The notes beneath the pieces are model-generated. The model saw only the letters and a list, made by a program, of their open reading frames with translations, had not been told where the DNA came from and did not search any database. The translations under genes were made by a program, and so were the position numbers. DNA of 64,000 nucleotides from Fidelibacterota bacterium (GTDB lineage: Bacteria > Pseudomonadota > Alphaproteobacteria > Rhodospirillales > Rhodospirillaceae): positions 3,553 through 67,552 of the forward strand of contig CANJBL010000013.1 of NCBI GenBank assembly GCA_947472795.1, read 5' to 3'. Numbering within the stretch: position 1 is the first letter of the stretch; each line of letters begins with the position of its first letter. This document shows, one piece after another, positions 46,665 through 64,000 of this stretch.

Positions 46665-46741
46665 TGGTGGGCCCGGCAGGACTTGAACCTGCAACCAGGC
46701 CGTTATGAGCGGTCGGCTCTAACCAATTGAGCTACAGGCCC
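46665..46741 (-). tRNA. tRNA with CAT anticodon (elongator Met, or Ile2 after lysidine modification)
   Basis: The reverse complement is GGGCCTG-TA-GCTC-AATTGGTTA-GAGC-C-GACCG-CTCATAA-CGGCC-TGGTT-GCAGG-TTCAAGT-CCTGC-CGGGCCC-A-CCA. The variable and T arms resemble ileX-type tRNAs, but this cannot be decided by eye. Confidence 0.85.
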
Positions 46742-46751
46742 CACCGTCGCA

Positions 46752-46792
46752 ATCGTAACAAAAGAAAAGGCCGGCATCTGAACGCCGGCCTT
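46752..46792 (-). terminator. rpoD rho-independent terminator
   Basis: aaggccggc-8 nt-gccggcctt hairpin, followed on the minus strand by UUCUUUUGUU. Confidence 0.75.
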
Positions 46793-46815
46793 TGAACTTC
46801 ACATCAACACACACA

Positions 46816-49218
<2,403 letters not shown>

Positions 49219-49357
49219 GCTAGCCCCTGTTCTCCAACTTAAAATCTCAAAAACCGCGTCACATAAAGGACGCTCGAATAATGGACGCTCAAATAACGGA
49301 CGCGAGAGCCCCGCCCGGTTTTCCCACCCGGATCCCGAGCCCGGCCCTTCTTATCAC

Positions 49358-51232
49358 TTATGATTTTGCTTCACTGAAGCCAAGGTCCTCACCGTCCTCT
49401 TCCCCCACCGGTCGAACCTGATCTTGCAATGCCTTAAACGCCGCAAACGCTTGTTCCGACGGATTCTCCGCCAGTTCCAACTCCGCCCGCCTCAGATCTG
49501 CCTCTAAATCCGCCCGCTGACAGAGGACAAAAGTGTGTTCCCAGCCGGCCAGTGCCTGGTCCAAAGGCGCCCCTTCCCGGGCAAAAGCCGCATGGACGTA
49601 GACATCTGAATTTAAAAGATTCTCGAGCTCTTCTGCAAACCCTAGCCTCGCTAAATGGGCTCGCAGAGCCGCAAAATCAAGCTCGGGATTTTGAGCGATG
49701 TGCATTAAGGCGTTTTGGCGCAGTGAGTCAAGGCGCGAATCGGCTAAAGTCAGGCTACCAAGACGCTCCTCGACCCGGTCCGTGAGGCCGGGATGGTTGA
49801 GCAGGGTCGCCAATAAAATCCGCTCCCGGGTTCGCCGCGCTAAGGTTGTATCGCTAACGATTCGCCGCGCTGGCGCTGGCGGCAAGGGGGCTGGCGGCCG
49901 GCCATAGGCTTCACGACCGCCCCGCCGGGGTCCTGTTGAACGTCCCGTTCCCCACGCCGCCTTGGGCGGGCGGAAAAGCTCGGAAAGTCGCTCCTGGAAA
50001 AGGTAGCGGTACTGGTCGCGCACGGTGCCGTCGGAAATGACCTCGGCTTTTGCGAGGGCGGCAGTTTTAAGCCCAGCCCGCCGCTCGGGTGTATCGGTTT
50101 GATGTTCGGCGAGAAGCTGGCGCCACATGATATCGGACAGGGGCAGAGCAGCGGTTAAGACCTGCGCCATGGCTTCGGGTCCCTCACGGCGGCAGATGTC
50201 ATCTGGGTCTTTGCCCTGAGGCATCATGGCGAAACGCAAAGAAAGACCCGGTTTTAGCAGGGGCAATGCACGTTCAGCAGCGCGAAGTGCGGCAGCACGG
50301 CCGGCTTTATCACCATCGAAACAGAGGATCGGTTCGGGTGACATGCGCCATAACAATTCGATCTGGTTCTCGGTCATGGCCGTGCCGAGCGGCGCCACGG
50401 CGTTTTGAAAGCCTGCTTGCGCGAGGCCAATCACATCCATGTAGCCTTCGGCGACAATGATCTCTTTCTTTTGCGCCACAGCTTCACGGGCCAGCGCAAG
50501 ACCGTAGAGCAGCTGCCCTTTATGGAAGAGCGGCGTGTCAGGTGAGTTCAGATATTTGGGCTGTTCGTCCGCGGCCATGACGCGGCCCCCGAACGCTACG
50601 GGCCGTCCGCGCAGATCGAAAATTGGAAACAGCACGCGGTCGCGGAAAAAATCGAAGGACTCGCGGCCGTCCTTACCCGGTGACAAAAGGCGCGTTTCGA
50701 GCAGCACGTCTTCCTTCATGCCGCGCGCCATCATCTTGCTCTTCAAAACGTTGCCGCCAGGTGCATACCCCAGACGAAAGCGCTTGATGGTTTCAGCGCT
50801 GAGGCCACGGCCTTGGAGGTATTCAAGTGCCTTGCGACCTTCGGGAGCGGTAAGCGTTTGCTCATATAAAGCGCACGCGGCTTCCACCGCCTCGCGGGCG
50901 CGCGTGCCCTGGGCCGCCTGCTCAATGTCCTGTGGCGTCTGTTGCGGCATCTCAAGACCAGCTTCTTCCGCCAACCGCTCTACCGCTTCGGGAAACGTCA
51001 GGTTCTGGGTCTTCATCACGAAGGTGAAGACGTCGCCGTGCTCACCGCTGGAGAAGCAGTGATAAAAACCCTTGTCGTCATTGATGGTGAAGGAGGGGCT
51101 CTTCTCGTTGGTGAAGGGGCTGAGGCCGACAAACTCCCGGCCACGGCGAATCAACTTCACGCGCCGCCCGACCACGGAGGATACCGAGAGGCGCGTGCGG
51201 ATTTCGTCGAGAAATTGCGGCGGGAACGCCAT
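49358..51232 (-). CDS. dnaG: DNA primase
   Basis: An N-terminal zinc-ribbon region (GLSPFTNEKSPSFTINDDKGFYHCFSSGEHGDVFTF) plus a TOPRIM domain. It lies upstream of rpoD. Confidence 0.95.
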   Translation of the reverse strand: MAFPPQFLDEIRTRLSVSSVVGRRVKLIRRGREFVGLSPFTNEKSPSFTINDDKGFYHCFSSGEHGDVFTFVMKTQNLTFPEAVERLAEEAGLEMPQQTPQDIEQAAQGTRAREAVEAACALYEQTLTAPEGRKALEYLQGRGLSAETIKRFRLGYAPGGNVLKSKMMARGMKEDVLLETRLLSPGKDGRESFDFFRDRVLFPIFDLRGRPVAFGGRVMAADEQPKYLNSPDTPLFHKGQLLYGLALAREAVAQKKEIIVAEGYMDVIGLAQAGFQNAVAPLGTAMTENQIELLWRMSPEPILCFDGDKAGRAAALRAAERALPLLKPGLSLRFAMMPQGKDPDDICRREGPEAMAQVLTAALPLSDIMWRQLLAEHQTDTPERRAGLKTAALAKAEVISDGTVRDQYRYLFQERLSELFRPPKAAWGTGRSTGPRRGGREAYGRPPAPLPPAPARRIVSDTTLARRTRERILLATLLNHPGLTDRVEERLGSLTLADSRLDSLRQNALMHIAQNPELDFAALRAHLARLGFAEELENLLNSDVYVHAAFAREGAPLDQALAGWEHTFVLCQRADLEADLRRAELELAENPSEQAFAAFKALQDQVRPVGEEDGEDLGFSEAKS

Positions 51233-51260
51233 TCAAAGCACCACGAGTTCACTCACGTAT

Positions 51261-51297
51261 CGTAACCCTGAGGCCTGGGGACAAGCCTTAGGACGAC
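51261..51297. repeat. solo REP-like unit
   Basis: gtaaccctgaggcctggggacaagccttaggacgaca resembles the right arm of the 17773 element (gtaaccctggaccctcgggacaagcccgagggtgacga). Confidence 0.55.
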
Positions 51298-51306
51298 ACC
51301 GCGGCT

Positions 51307-51759
51307 TTAGCCCAGCGTCTGCTTCACGACCCCGGAAACGCGGCTGAAATCCAGGCGTCCGGTGTATTTTTCTTTCAGGATGGCCATGACTTTGCCCATG
51401 TCCTTCACGGACGTGGCGCCCGCCTGTTGCACGGCTTCCTTCACCGCCGCGACGGTTGCGGCCTCATCCATTTGCTCGGGCATGAAGGTCTGAATGATGT
51501 CGATCTCTTCCTGTTCCAGCTTGGCGAGTTCGGGGCGCCCGCCCTTGGTGAACATATCGATGCTCTCGCGACGCTGTTTGACCATCGAGTTGAACATCTG
51601 CAGGATTTCGTCATCGGGGATGGCCGTAATGCCCTTGGGCCGGGCCGCGATATCGCGGTCCTTCAGGGCAGCCAGCATGAGGCGCACGGTATGGGTGACG
51701 CGCTCGTTCTTCGCGCGCAACGAGTCTTTCAACGCATCGCTGAGGCGGGTGCGCAGCAT
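51307..51759 (-). CDS. GatB/YqeY domain-containing protein
   Basis: MLRTRLSDALKDSLRAKNERVTHTVRLMLAALKDRDIA... is the typical YqeY N-terminus. The ATG at 51759 is chosen (track ORF runs to 51810). Confidence 0.85.
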   Translation of the reverse strand: MLRTRLSDALKDSLRAKNERVTHTVRLMLAALKDRDIAARPKGITAIPDDEILQMFNSMVKQRRESIDMFTKGGRPELAKLEQEEIDIIQTFMPEQMDEAATVAAVKEAVQQAGATSVKDMGKVMAILKEKYTGRLDFSRVSGVVKQTLG

Positions 51760-51873
51760 GGCGGGGCTCTCACTTTTGACTGTCGGAAAGAGCGAAAGTA
51801 ACTGATTCACCCCGTGTTGGCAAACCGCGCGACACCATCAACAAACGCTTGAATTATTGAGCCTAAATGACAT

Positions 51874-51902
51874 TTGACAGGGCGCCGTCGATTGCTTAAA
51901 CA
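51874..51902 (+). promoter_or_regulatory. candidate sigma-70 promoter upstream of carA
   Basis: TTGACA-17 nt-TAAACA, about 130 nt upstream of carA. Pattern only. Confidence 0.3.
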
Positions 51903-52035
51903 CCGCCGAGTTTTGCCTGCGCCTCACCCGCGTCCGTTCGTGGTGCCGGCATCACGACGGGCCAAGAGTCACGAAACAAAAGCATCGTTTCAGGCTGTCA
52001 AATCCAGGGCTTAGTCGCTGGAGGGACGGTCCGGG

Positions 52036-53274
52036 ATGGCGCAAGCCGAAATCAAGCAGAGGTCAGACTCGACGATGAACACCACCGCCGCCCTCTCCAC
52101 ACAAAAACCCAGCGGGGCGACCGCCGTTTTGGTTTTGGGCGATGGGACGGTGTTTTGGGGCAAGGGCATCGGCGCCACGGGCGAGAACGTCGGCGAAGTC
52201 TGTTTCAACACCAGCATCACCGGCTACCAGGAAGTCCTGACGGACCTGTCCTATGCCGGCCAGATCATCACCTTCACCTTCCCGCACGTCGGCAATGTCG
52301 GCACGAACCAAGAAGACATCGAAAGCATCACGCCGGCGGCGCGCGGCTGCATCATCCGCGACGACATCACCGAACCTTCCAACTACCGCTCGGTCCAGCA
52401 CCTGGATGCTTGGTTGAAGTCGCACAACATCGTTGGCCTCGCAGGTCTCGATACACGCCGGCTGACGCGCCTGATCCGCGACAAAGGCCCGCCGAACGGC
52501 GTCATCTGCCATAACTCTTCCGGCACGTTTGATCTCGCGAAGCTGCATGCCATGGCCAAGGCATGGCCCGGCCTCGACGGCATGGACCTCGCCAAGGATG
52601 TGACCTGCCGCCAGACCTATAGCTGGACGCAAGCCCGTTGGGATCGCGAGCATGGCTATGGCGATCTCGATCCGGCAAAGGCCCAGTTCCACGTCGTTGC
52701 CGTCGATTACGGTGCTAAGCGCAACATCCTGCGCTGCCTCGCCGGTGCCGGCTGCAAGGTGACCGTGGTGCCCGCAACCGCCACCAGCGACGACATCCTG
52801 CGCCACAAGCCCGATGGTGTGTTCCTCTCGAATGGTCCCGGCGATCCGGCGGCCACGGGCGTTTATGCCGTGCCGGTGATTCAGGAAGTCATCAAGAGCG
52901 GCAAGCCGGTGTTCGGCATCTGCCTCGGACATCAATTGCTGTCGCTGGCTTTTGGCGCCAAGACCTACAAGCTGCCGATGGGTCACCGCGGTGCCAATCA
53001 GCCGGTGAAGGACCTGGAGACGGGCAAGGTAGAGATCACCTCGCAGAACCACGGCTTCTGCGTGGATCGCGAGTCACTTCCCAAGAATATCGTCGAGACA
53101 CACACGTCGTTGTTCGACGGCATCGTCGAAGGCATGCGCGCCACCGACAAACCCGTGTTCAGCGTGCAATATCACCCTGAGGCTTCGCCCGGTCCTCAGG
53201 ATAGCCACTATCTCTTCCACCGCTTCACGAAACTGATGGAAGACCAAAAAGCCTCTGATCAGAAGGCGAAATAG
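52036..53274 (+). CDS. carA: carbamoyl-phosphate synthase small (glutaminase) subunit
   Basis: [16 protein letters not shown]...NTSITGYQE...GICLGHQLL...HHGxN-type and HPE motifs. An alternative start is ATG 52075. Confidence 0.95.
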   Translation: MAQAEIKQRSDSTMNTTAALSTQKPSGATAVLVLGDGTVFWGKGIGATGENVGEVCFNTSITGYQEVLTDLSYAGQIITFTFPHVGNVGTNQEDIESITPAARGCIIRDDITEPSNYRSVQHLDAWLKSHNIVGLAGLDTRRLTRLIRDKGPPNGVICHNSSGTFDLAKLHAMAKAWPGLDGMDLAKDVTCRQTYSWTQARWDREHGYGDLDPAKAQFHVVAVDYGAKRNILRCLAGAGCKVTVVPATATSDDILRHKPDGVFLSNGPGDPAATGVYAVPVIQEVIKSGKPVFGICLGHQLLSLAFGAKTYKLPMGHRGANQPVKDLETGKVEITSQNHGFCVDRESLPKNIVETHTSLFDGIVEGMRATDKPVFSVQYHPEASPGPQDSHYLFHRFTKLMEDQKASDQKAK

Positions 53275-53278
53275 AGCC

Positions 53279-56542
<3,264 letters not shown>

Positions 56543-56569
56543 TAGTTCGAAGCAAGCGTTAAGCTGAGA

Positions 56570-56610
56570 GACCGGGGCCGGAAATGGCGCCGGTCTTTCT
56601 TTTCTTTTAT
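56570..56610 (+). terminator. candidate carB terminator
   Basis: agaccgg-14 nt-ccggtct stem, followed by TTCTTTTCTTTT. Confidence 0.5.
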
Positions 56611-56630
56611 GTCCCGGGAGAGACTCGCGC

Positions 56631-57107
56631 GTGATTGAAAAAATCCCAATGACGGCTGAAGGCTTGGCGCCGCTCAAAGAAGAGCTGCATCAGCTGAAGA
56701 CCATTGAGCGATATGCGGTGATCAAGCAGATCGCCGAGGCGCGCGAACACGGCGATCTCTCGGAGAACGCCGAGTATCACGCTGCCCGCGAAAAGCAGAG
56801 CTTCATCGAAGGCCGTATCATCGAGCTGGAAGATGTCGTCAGCCGCGCCGACGTCATCGATCTCTCGAAGCTGTCCGGCAAAACCATACGCTTTGGCGCG
56901 ACAGTGACCGTGGCCGATGTGGATAGCGACGAGGAGATCACCTATCAACTCGTAGGTCCTTACGAGGCCGACCTGAAGAAGAACAAGATTTCGGTGCAAT
57001 CGCCCTTGGGCCGCGCGCTCATCGGCAAGACCGAAGGCGACACGGCGGAAGTGAGCGCTCCCGGTGGTTCGAAGGGCTACGAAGTGCTGAAGGTGAAGTT
57101 TAAATAA
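56631..57107 (+). CDS. greA: transcription elongation factor GreA
   Basis: [19 protein letters not shown]...[20 protein letters not shown]...YEVLKVKF; GTG start. Confidence 0.93.
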   Translation: MIEKIPMTAEGLAPLKEELHQLKTIERYAVIKQIAEAREHGDLSENAEYHAAREKQSFIEGRIIELEDVVSRADVIDLSKLSGKTIRFGATVTVADVDSDEEITYQLVGPYEADLKKNKISVQSPLGRALIGKTEGDTAEVSAPGGSKGYEVLKVKFK

Positions 57108-57118
57108 CGAAGGCGCTC

Positions 57119-57277
57119 TTGAACGCAAAAGCTCCCATTATTCTCGGCATCATTGCGATGGTGTTGGTCTTCGCCATAACGAAAGACATCACCTTCGCCG
57201 CCGTCATTGCCATTGCCGAGATACTCTCGTGGCACGCCGTGCGCGCCATCAAGCACGCTATTCGGCGGGGACAGTAA
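57119..57277 (+). CDS. possible small membrane protein (52 aa); speculative
   Basis: My own reading from a TTG start: LNAKAPIILGIIAMVLVFAITKDITFAAVIAIAEILSWHAVRAIKHAIRRGQ. It has two hydrophobic helices and overlaps the convergent lrp 3' end by 20 nt. No RBS is evident. Confidence 0.25.
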   Translation: MNAKAPIILGIIAMVLVFAITKDITFAAVIAIAEILSWHAVRAIKHAIRRGQ

Positions 57278-57776
57278 GCGGCGGCTGCGCTGGCTTGTCG
57301 CCGTCCACGGCGATGGGCACGCCGGGCAGGCTCTTGGCGCTGCGAATGCCGAGCGCCGACTTGACGTTGGCGACCTTGGGGGCCGCCGTCAGTTTTTCGG
57401 TGACGAACCGCTGGTAGGCGTCCCAATCCTTGGCGACGATCTTCAAGAGAAAGTCGGTCTCGCCGGCCAGCATGTGACACTCGCGCACCTCGGGCCATTC
57501 CTTCACCAAATTCTCAAAGGCTGAGAGATCGGCTTCGGCCTGGCTGTTGAGGCCAACATGGGCGAACACCGTCACGGTATATCCGAGAGACGCCGGGTCC
57601 AGCTGGGCATGGTAGCCCTTGATGTAACCGGCCTGCTCCAGAGCGCGGACACGCCGCAGGCACGGCGGCGCCGAGATGCCGGCCCGCTGAGCCAGATCGA
57701 CGTTGGTCATCCGGCCATCGCTCTGAAGGTCCGACAGGATCTGCCGGTCGATACGATCCAGCTTCACCCGTTGCAT
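57258..57776 (-). CDS. lrp: Lrp/AsnC-family transcriptional regulator
   Basis: MQRVKLDRIDRQILSDLQSDGRMTNVDLAQRAGISAPPCLRRVRALEQAGYIKGYHA... It is divergent from trxB. Confidence 0.9.
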   Translation of the reverse strand: MQRVKLDRIDRQILSDLQSDGRMTNVDLAQRAGISAPPCLRRVRALEQAGYIKGYHAQLDPASLGYTVTVFAHVGLNSQAEADLSAFENLVKEWPEVRECHMLAGETDFLLKIVAKDWDAYQRFVTEKLTAAPKVANVKSALGIRSAKSLPGVPIAVDGDKPAQPPLTVPAE

Positions 57777-57985
57777 GGGCCACACGCGTTCATTTTGAGT
57801 CCCCCGAGAATCGAAACGGTGTCTTTCCCACCGCACGCGAAATATTATTACAAATTCCCTCTTCCTTCACGCAATAGAAAAGATGAAGTCCGGTGCCTTC
57901 AGCCCCCAGCTCGTTGCCTTGCGCGGGGTGCATAGCGACCGTATGTTACCCCCCAATATTGCATCGCAACCCTTTGTTTCGGCTC

Positions 57986-58939
57986 ATGTCCACCATACAC
58001 ACCAAGGTTCTGATACTCGGGTCGGGTCCCGCCGGCCTGACGGCCGCCATTTATACGGCCCGCGCCAATCTTTCGCCCATCGTTGTCGCCGGCATGCAGC
58101 CGGGCGGTCAGATGACCATCACCACGGACGTGGAGAATTATCCGGGATTCCCGGATGTCATCCAGGGTCCGTGGCTCATGGAGCAGATGCAGAAGCAGGC
58201 GGAGAACGTCGGCACGCGGATGATCCACGACCTGATCGTCAAAATCGATCTCACCAAACGCCCGTTCACGTGCGTGGGCGATTCCGGCGACGTCTATACC
58301 AGCGACACACTCATCGTGACGACCGGCGCCTCGGCGCGCTGGCTGGGCCTGGACTCGGAAAAGAAATTCCAGGGTTTTGGCGTATCTGCGTGTGCCACAT
58401 GCGACGGCTTCTTCTTCCGCGGCAAGGAAGTGGTGGTCGTGGGCGGCGGCAACACCGCCGTCGAGGAAGCGCTCTATCTCACCAATCACGCCACCAAAGT
58501 GACGCTGGTGCATCGCCGCGATTTCCTGCGCGCCGAAAAGATTCTGCAGAAGCGTCTGTTCGAGCATCCCAAGATCAAGGTGGTGTGGGACAGCGCTGTT
58601 GATGAAGTCGTCGGCAAGGAAGGCCCTTTGAGCGTCACCGGCGTGAAGCTGAAGAACGTGAAGACGGGCGCTGTGGAGCACATCGAAACCCACGGCCTGT
58701 TCGTCGCCATCGGCCATACGCCGAACACCGAGCTGTTCAAAGGTATCCTCGACATGGATGAGAACGGCTATCTGATCACCGCGCCAGATTCGACGCGGAC
58801 GAATATTCCCGGCGTCTTTGCCGCGGGCGATGTGCAGGACCACGTGTACCGTCAGGCCGTAACGGCCGCGGGAACGGGGTGCATGGCGGCTTTGGAAGCA
58901 GACCGCTTCCTCGCCGCGGGCGGCGCGGCTCACGGTTAA
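57986..58939 (+). CDS. trxB: thioredoxin-disulfide reductase
   Basis: KVLILGSGPAGLTAAIYTARA...ACATCDGFF (CATC redox site)...GDVQD. The ATG at 57986 is chosen. Confidence 0.95.
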   Translation: MSTIHTKVLILGSGPAGLTAAIYTARANLSPIVVAGMQPGGQMTITTDVENYPGFPDVIQGPWLMEQMQKQAENVGTRMIHDLIVKIDLTKRPFTCVGDSGDVYTSDTLIVTTGASARWLGLDSEKKFQGFGVSACATCDGFFFRGKEVVVVGGGNTAVEEALYLTNHATKVTLVHRRDFLRAEKILQKRLFEHPKIKVVWDSAVDEVVGKEGPLSVTGVKLKNVKTGAVEHIETHGLFVAIGHTPNTELFKGILDMDENGYLITAPDSTRTNIPGVFAAGDVQDHVYRQAVTAAGTGCMAALEADRFLAAGGAAHG

Positions 58940-59009
58940 AGGGCCGCTGCTGCGCTTAAAGTGACGTGCGTTCGTTGCGAGATGCGACGACCTGAGGGGA
59001 GACCGCGCC

Positions 59010-59969
59010 ATGGTGATACGTAGCAACGGCCGTCTGGATTGGGACAAACTCCGCGTGTTTCACGCGGTGGCTGAAGCGGGCAGCTTCACACACGCAAGCG
59101 AGACCCTGAATCTCAGCCAATCGGCGGTGAGCCGCCAGATCAGCGCGCTGGAAGACGCGCTGGGTGTCAGCCTGTTCCACCGCCACGCCCGTGGCCTGAT
59201 CCTGACCGAGCAGGGCGATCTGCTCTACAAGACTGTGCACGACGTCTTTGCCAAGCTGAACAACGTTGAAAGCCTGTTGACGGAGACCAAGGAGAACGCC
59301 GAAGGCGTGCTTCGTGTCACGACCACCGTTGCCTTTGGATCGGTGTGGTTGACGGGCCGCCTGAAGGAATTCATCCGCACGTACCCGGATATCCAGGTGA
59401 CCCTGCGCCTCGATGATCAGGAGCTGGATCTCGCCATGCGCGAGGCCGACGTTGCCATCCGCTTTAACGAGCCGACGCAACCGGATCTGATCCAACGCCA
59501 TCTGGTCTCGCTGCACGCCAATCTGTACGCCTCGCCGGAGTACCTGAAGGAGCGTGGCCTGCCGCGCTCGCTGGAAGAACTGCGCAACCACGATTTTGTG
59601 CTGTTCGGCGAAGGCGTGCTCCCAGTCTCGACCGTGCACTGGTTCGCTGACCTGTTGGCCAAGAACAACATGGCCACCCGCTCGACCCTGCGCGTGAACA
59701 ACATTTATGGCATCTACCGCGCCGTGAAGGCCGGCATCGGCATCGGCCCCCTGCCTGAGTATTTCCTGCAAGAAGGACGCGGCATCGTGCAGGTGCTGCC
59801 GGAATTGGAAGGCCCGCCCATCGAGGCCTACTTCGTCTACCCCGAGGAGCTGCGCAATTCGGCCCGCGTAACCGTGTTCCGTGACTTTCTGGTGCGTGAA
59901 ATCGCCAAGGCCCGGACCCAGCTCACGGTCGTTGCCCAAGCCGCCGACGTCCTGCGGACCGCGGGTTAG
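59010..59969 (+). CDS. LysR-family transcriptional regulator
   Basis: LDWDKLRVFHAVAEAGSFTHASETLNLSQSAVSRQISALEDALGVSLFHR is an HTH_1 domain, followed by a LysR substrate-binding domain. Confidence 0.9.
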   Translation: MVIRSNGRLDWDKLRVFHAVAEAGSFTHASETLNLSQSAVSRQISALEDALGVSLFHRHARGLILTEQGDLLYKTVHDVFAKLNNVESLLTETKENAEGVLRVTTTVAFGSVWLTGRLKEFIRTYPDIQVTLRLDDQELDLAMREADVAIRFNEPTQPDLIQRHLVSLHANLYASPEYLKERGLPRSLEELRNHDFVLFGEGVLPVSTVHWFADLLAKNNMATRSTLRVNNIYGIYRAVKAGIGIGPLPEYFLQEGRGIVQVLPELEGPPIEAYFVYPEELRNSARVTVFRDFLVREIAKARTQLTVVAQAADVLRTAG

Positions 59970-60119
59970 AGCCGTTTTTCGGCCATTCGCAGATTAGAAC
60001 TGTGTGAACCTTCCGCGTCATAGACATGCGTTTGCTGCATAGCGGCATTCCTATATCGCATTGGAAATCAGAGATTTTGACACCTATTGTCTTGGCAGAT
60101 GTTGCGGCGCAGCAAACGC

Positions 60120-60352
60120 CAACAACCGGTCCTCCCCCGGTGGTGTAGCGAAGCCCGGCAAGAAACTTGTGATGAACGGTCCTCCCCCGGACATCACTTG
60201 GTCTAAAGGGTAGACGGGTGATCTAGGGTCCTCCCCCCGATGGTCGCCAAGGGTTCAGAGGCGCATAAGCCTCAACCCACGTCTAATAGGTGCTAAACCT
60301 CCCTGCAGAACTTATCGCCCCGAGGGTCCTCCCCCCTCGGGGCGAAATATTT
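60120..60352 (+). ncRNA. candidate multi-hairpin sRNA(s) with C-rich UCCUCCC loops (cuckoo/CcsR, alpha-r14-like)
   Basis: Four hairpins each present tcctccc in the loop. H1 is 60125-60141 (accgg/ccggt). H2 is 60169-60197 (gtgatg..cgg/ccg..catcac). H3 is about 60221-60241. H4 is 60316-60344, a perfect 11-bp stem (cgccccgaggg/ccctcggggcg). A fifth CCTCCC occurs at ~60298. There is no ORF. Ends and strand are inferred, not determined. Confidence 0.55.
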
Positions 60353-60385
60353 ATGGGCCTAGCCCATCTCCCAAATATGCAAACA

Positions 60386-60416
60386 AAAACGGCGCTCCTT
60401 CAGGGAGCGCCGTTTT
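60386..60416. terminator. bidirectional terminator downstream of aatA (-); same sequence family as the grxD terminator
   Basis: aaaacggcgctcc-ttcag-ggagcgccgtttt with A/T runs on both sides. The 5' flank aaacaaaaacggcgctc matches 21748.., 24261.. and 25972... Confidence 0.8.
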
Positions 60417-60437
60417 GCGTTGGAGCTTGTGGCCGAA

Positions 60438-63993
<3,556 letters not shown>

Positions 63994-64000
63994 CCTCTGC

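Noticed and set aside
57100-57498. 132-aa minus-strand ORF between greA and lrp.
   Set aside because: It is an Arg/Ala-rich shadow frame overlapping the 3' end of lrp in another frame, with no family resemblance. The short + strand membrane-like ORF (57119..57277) is kept only as a low-confidence feature.
60026-60151. 41-codon ORF (MRLLHSGIPISHWKSEILTPIVLADVAAQQTPTTGPPPGGV) upstream of and overlapping the first C-rich hairpin, considered as a DUF1127-like partner of CcsR-type sRNAs.
   Set aside because: It has no resemblance to the DUF1127 signature (Arg-rich ..L..LSD..L.DIGL.R) and no RBS. It is most likely a chance ORF.
60128-60340. Regularly spaced short repeats (about 49-nt period) that could be mistaken for a mini-CRISPR array.
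   Set aside because: The repeat core is only 11-13 nt, each copy sits in the loop of its own hairpin, there are only 4-5 copies, and there are no cas genes. This fits structured sRNA units better than CRISPR.

Overview
High-GC (about 60+% by eye) chromosomal window that looks alphaproteobacterial, judged from purC-purS-purQ-purL-bolA-grxD synteny, a DUF1476 zeta inhibitor and rpoD-dnaG. Most of it is housekeeping: purB, the pur operon, rpsD, glnS, nadE, class II DAHP synthase, gor, glmS/glmU, rpoD/dnaG, carAB, greA, lrp/trxB, aatA, uvrB and two tRNAs. The outstanding region is an AT-richer insertion of about 6 kb (21.8-27.9 kb, minus strand) between grxD and rpsD. It holds three tandem cassettes. 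Each encodes a protein with the same ~100-aa N-terminal module lacking a signal peptide, then a Gly5/GPPTEGITV junction, then a different peptidoglycan hydrolase domain (M23 endopeptidase, glucosaminidase/muramidase-like, MepA/LAS-like endopeptidase). Each is followed by a small signal-peptide protein, a candidate periplasmic immunity protein. This is a polymorphic toxin-immunity architecture with an N-terminal trafficking module I cannot place in any known secretion class. The distal cassette is N-terminally truncated by a 9-bp microhomology junction that duplicated the 3' end of grxD. Other points of interest: a multi-hairpin candidate sRNA with UCCUCCC loops (cuckoo/CcsR-like), REP-like inverted palindrome pairs, a dispersed terminator family, a Lys/Ala/Pro-rich RpoD extension with a perfect 78-bp tandem duplication, nested palindromes in a glycosylation cluster, duplicated DUF1592/DUF1552 modules, and a small islet between two tRNAs.
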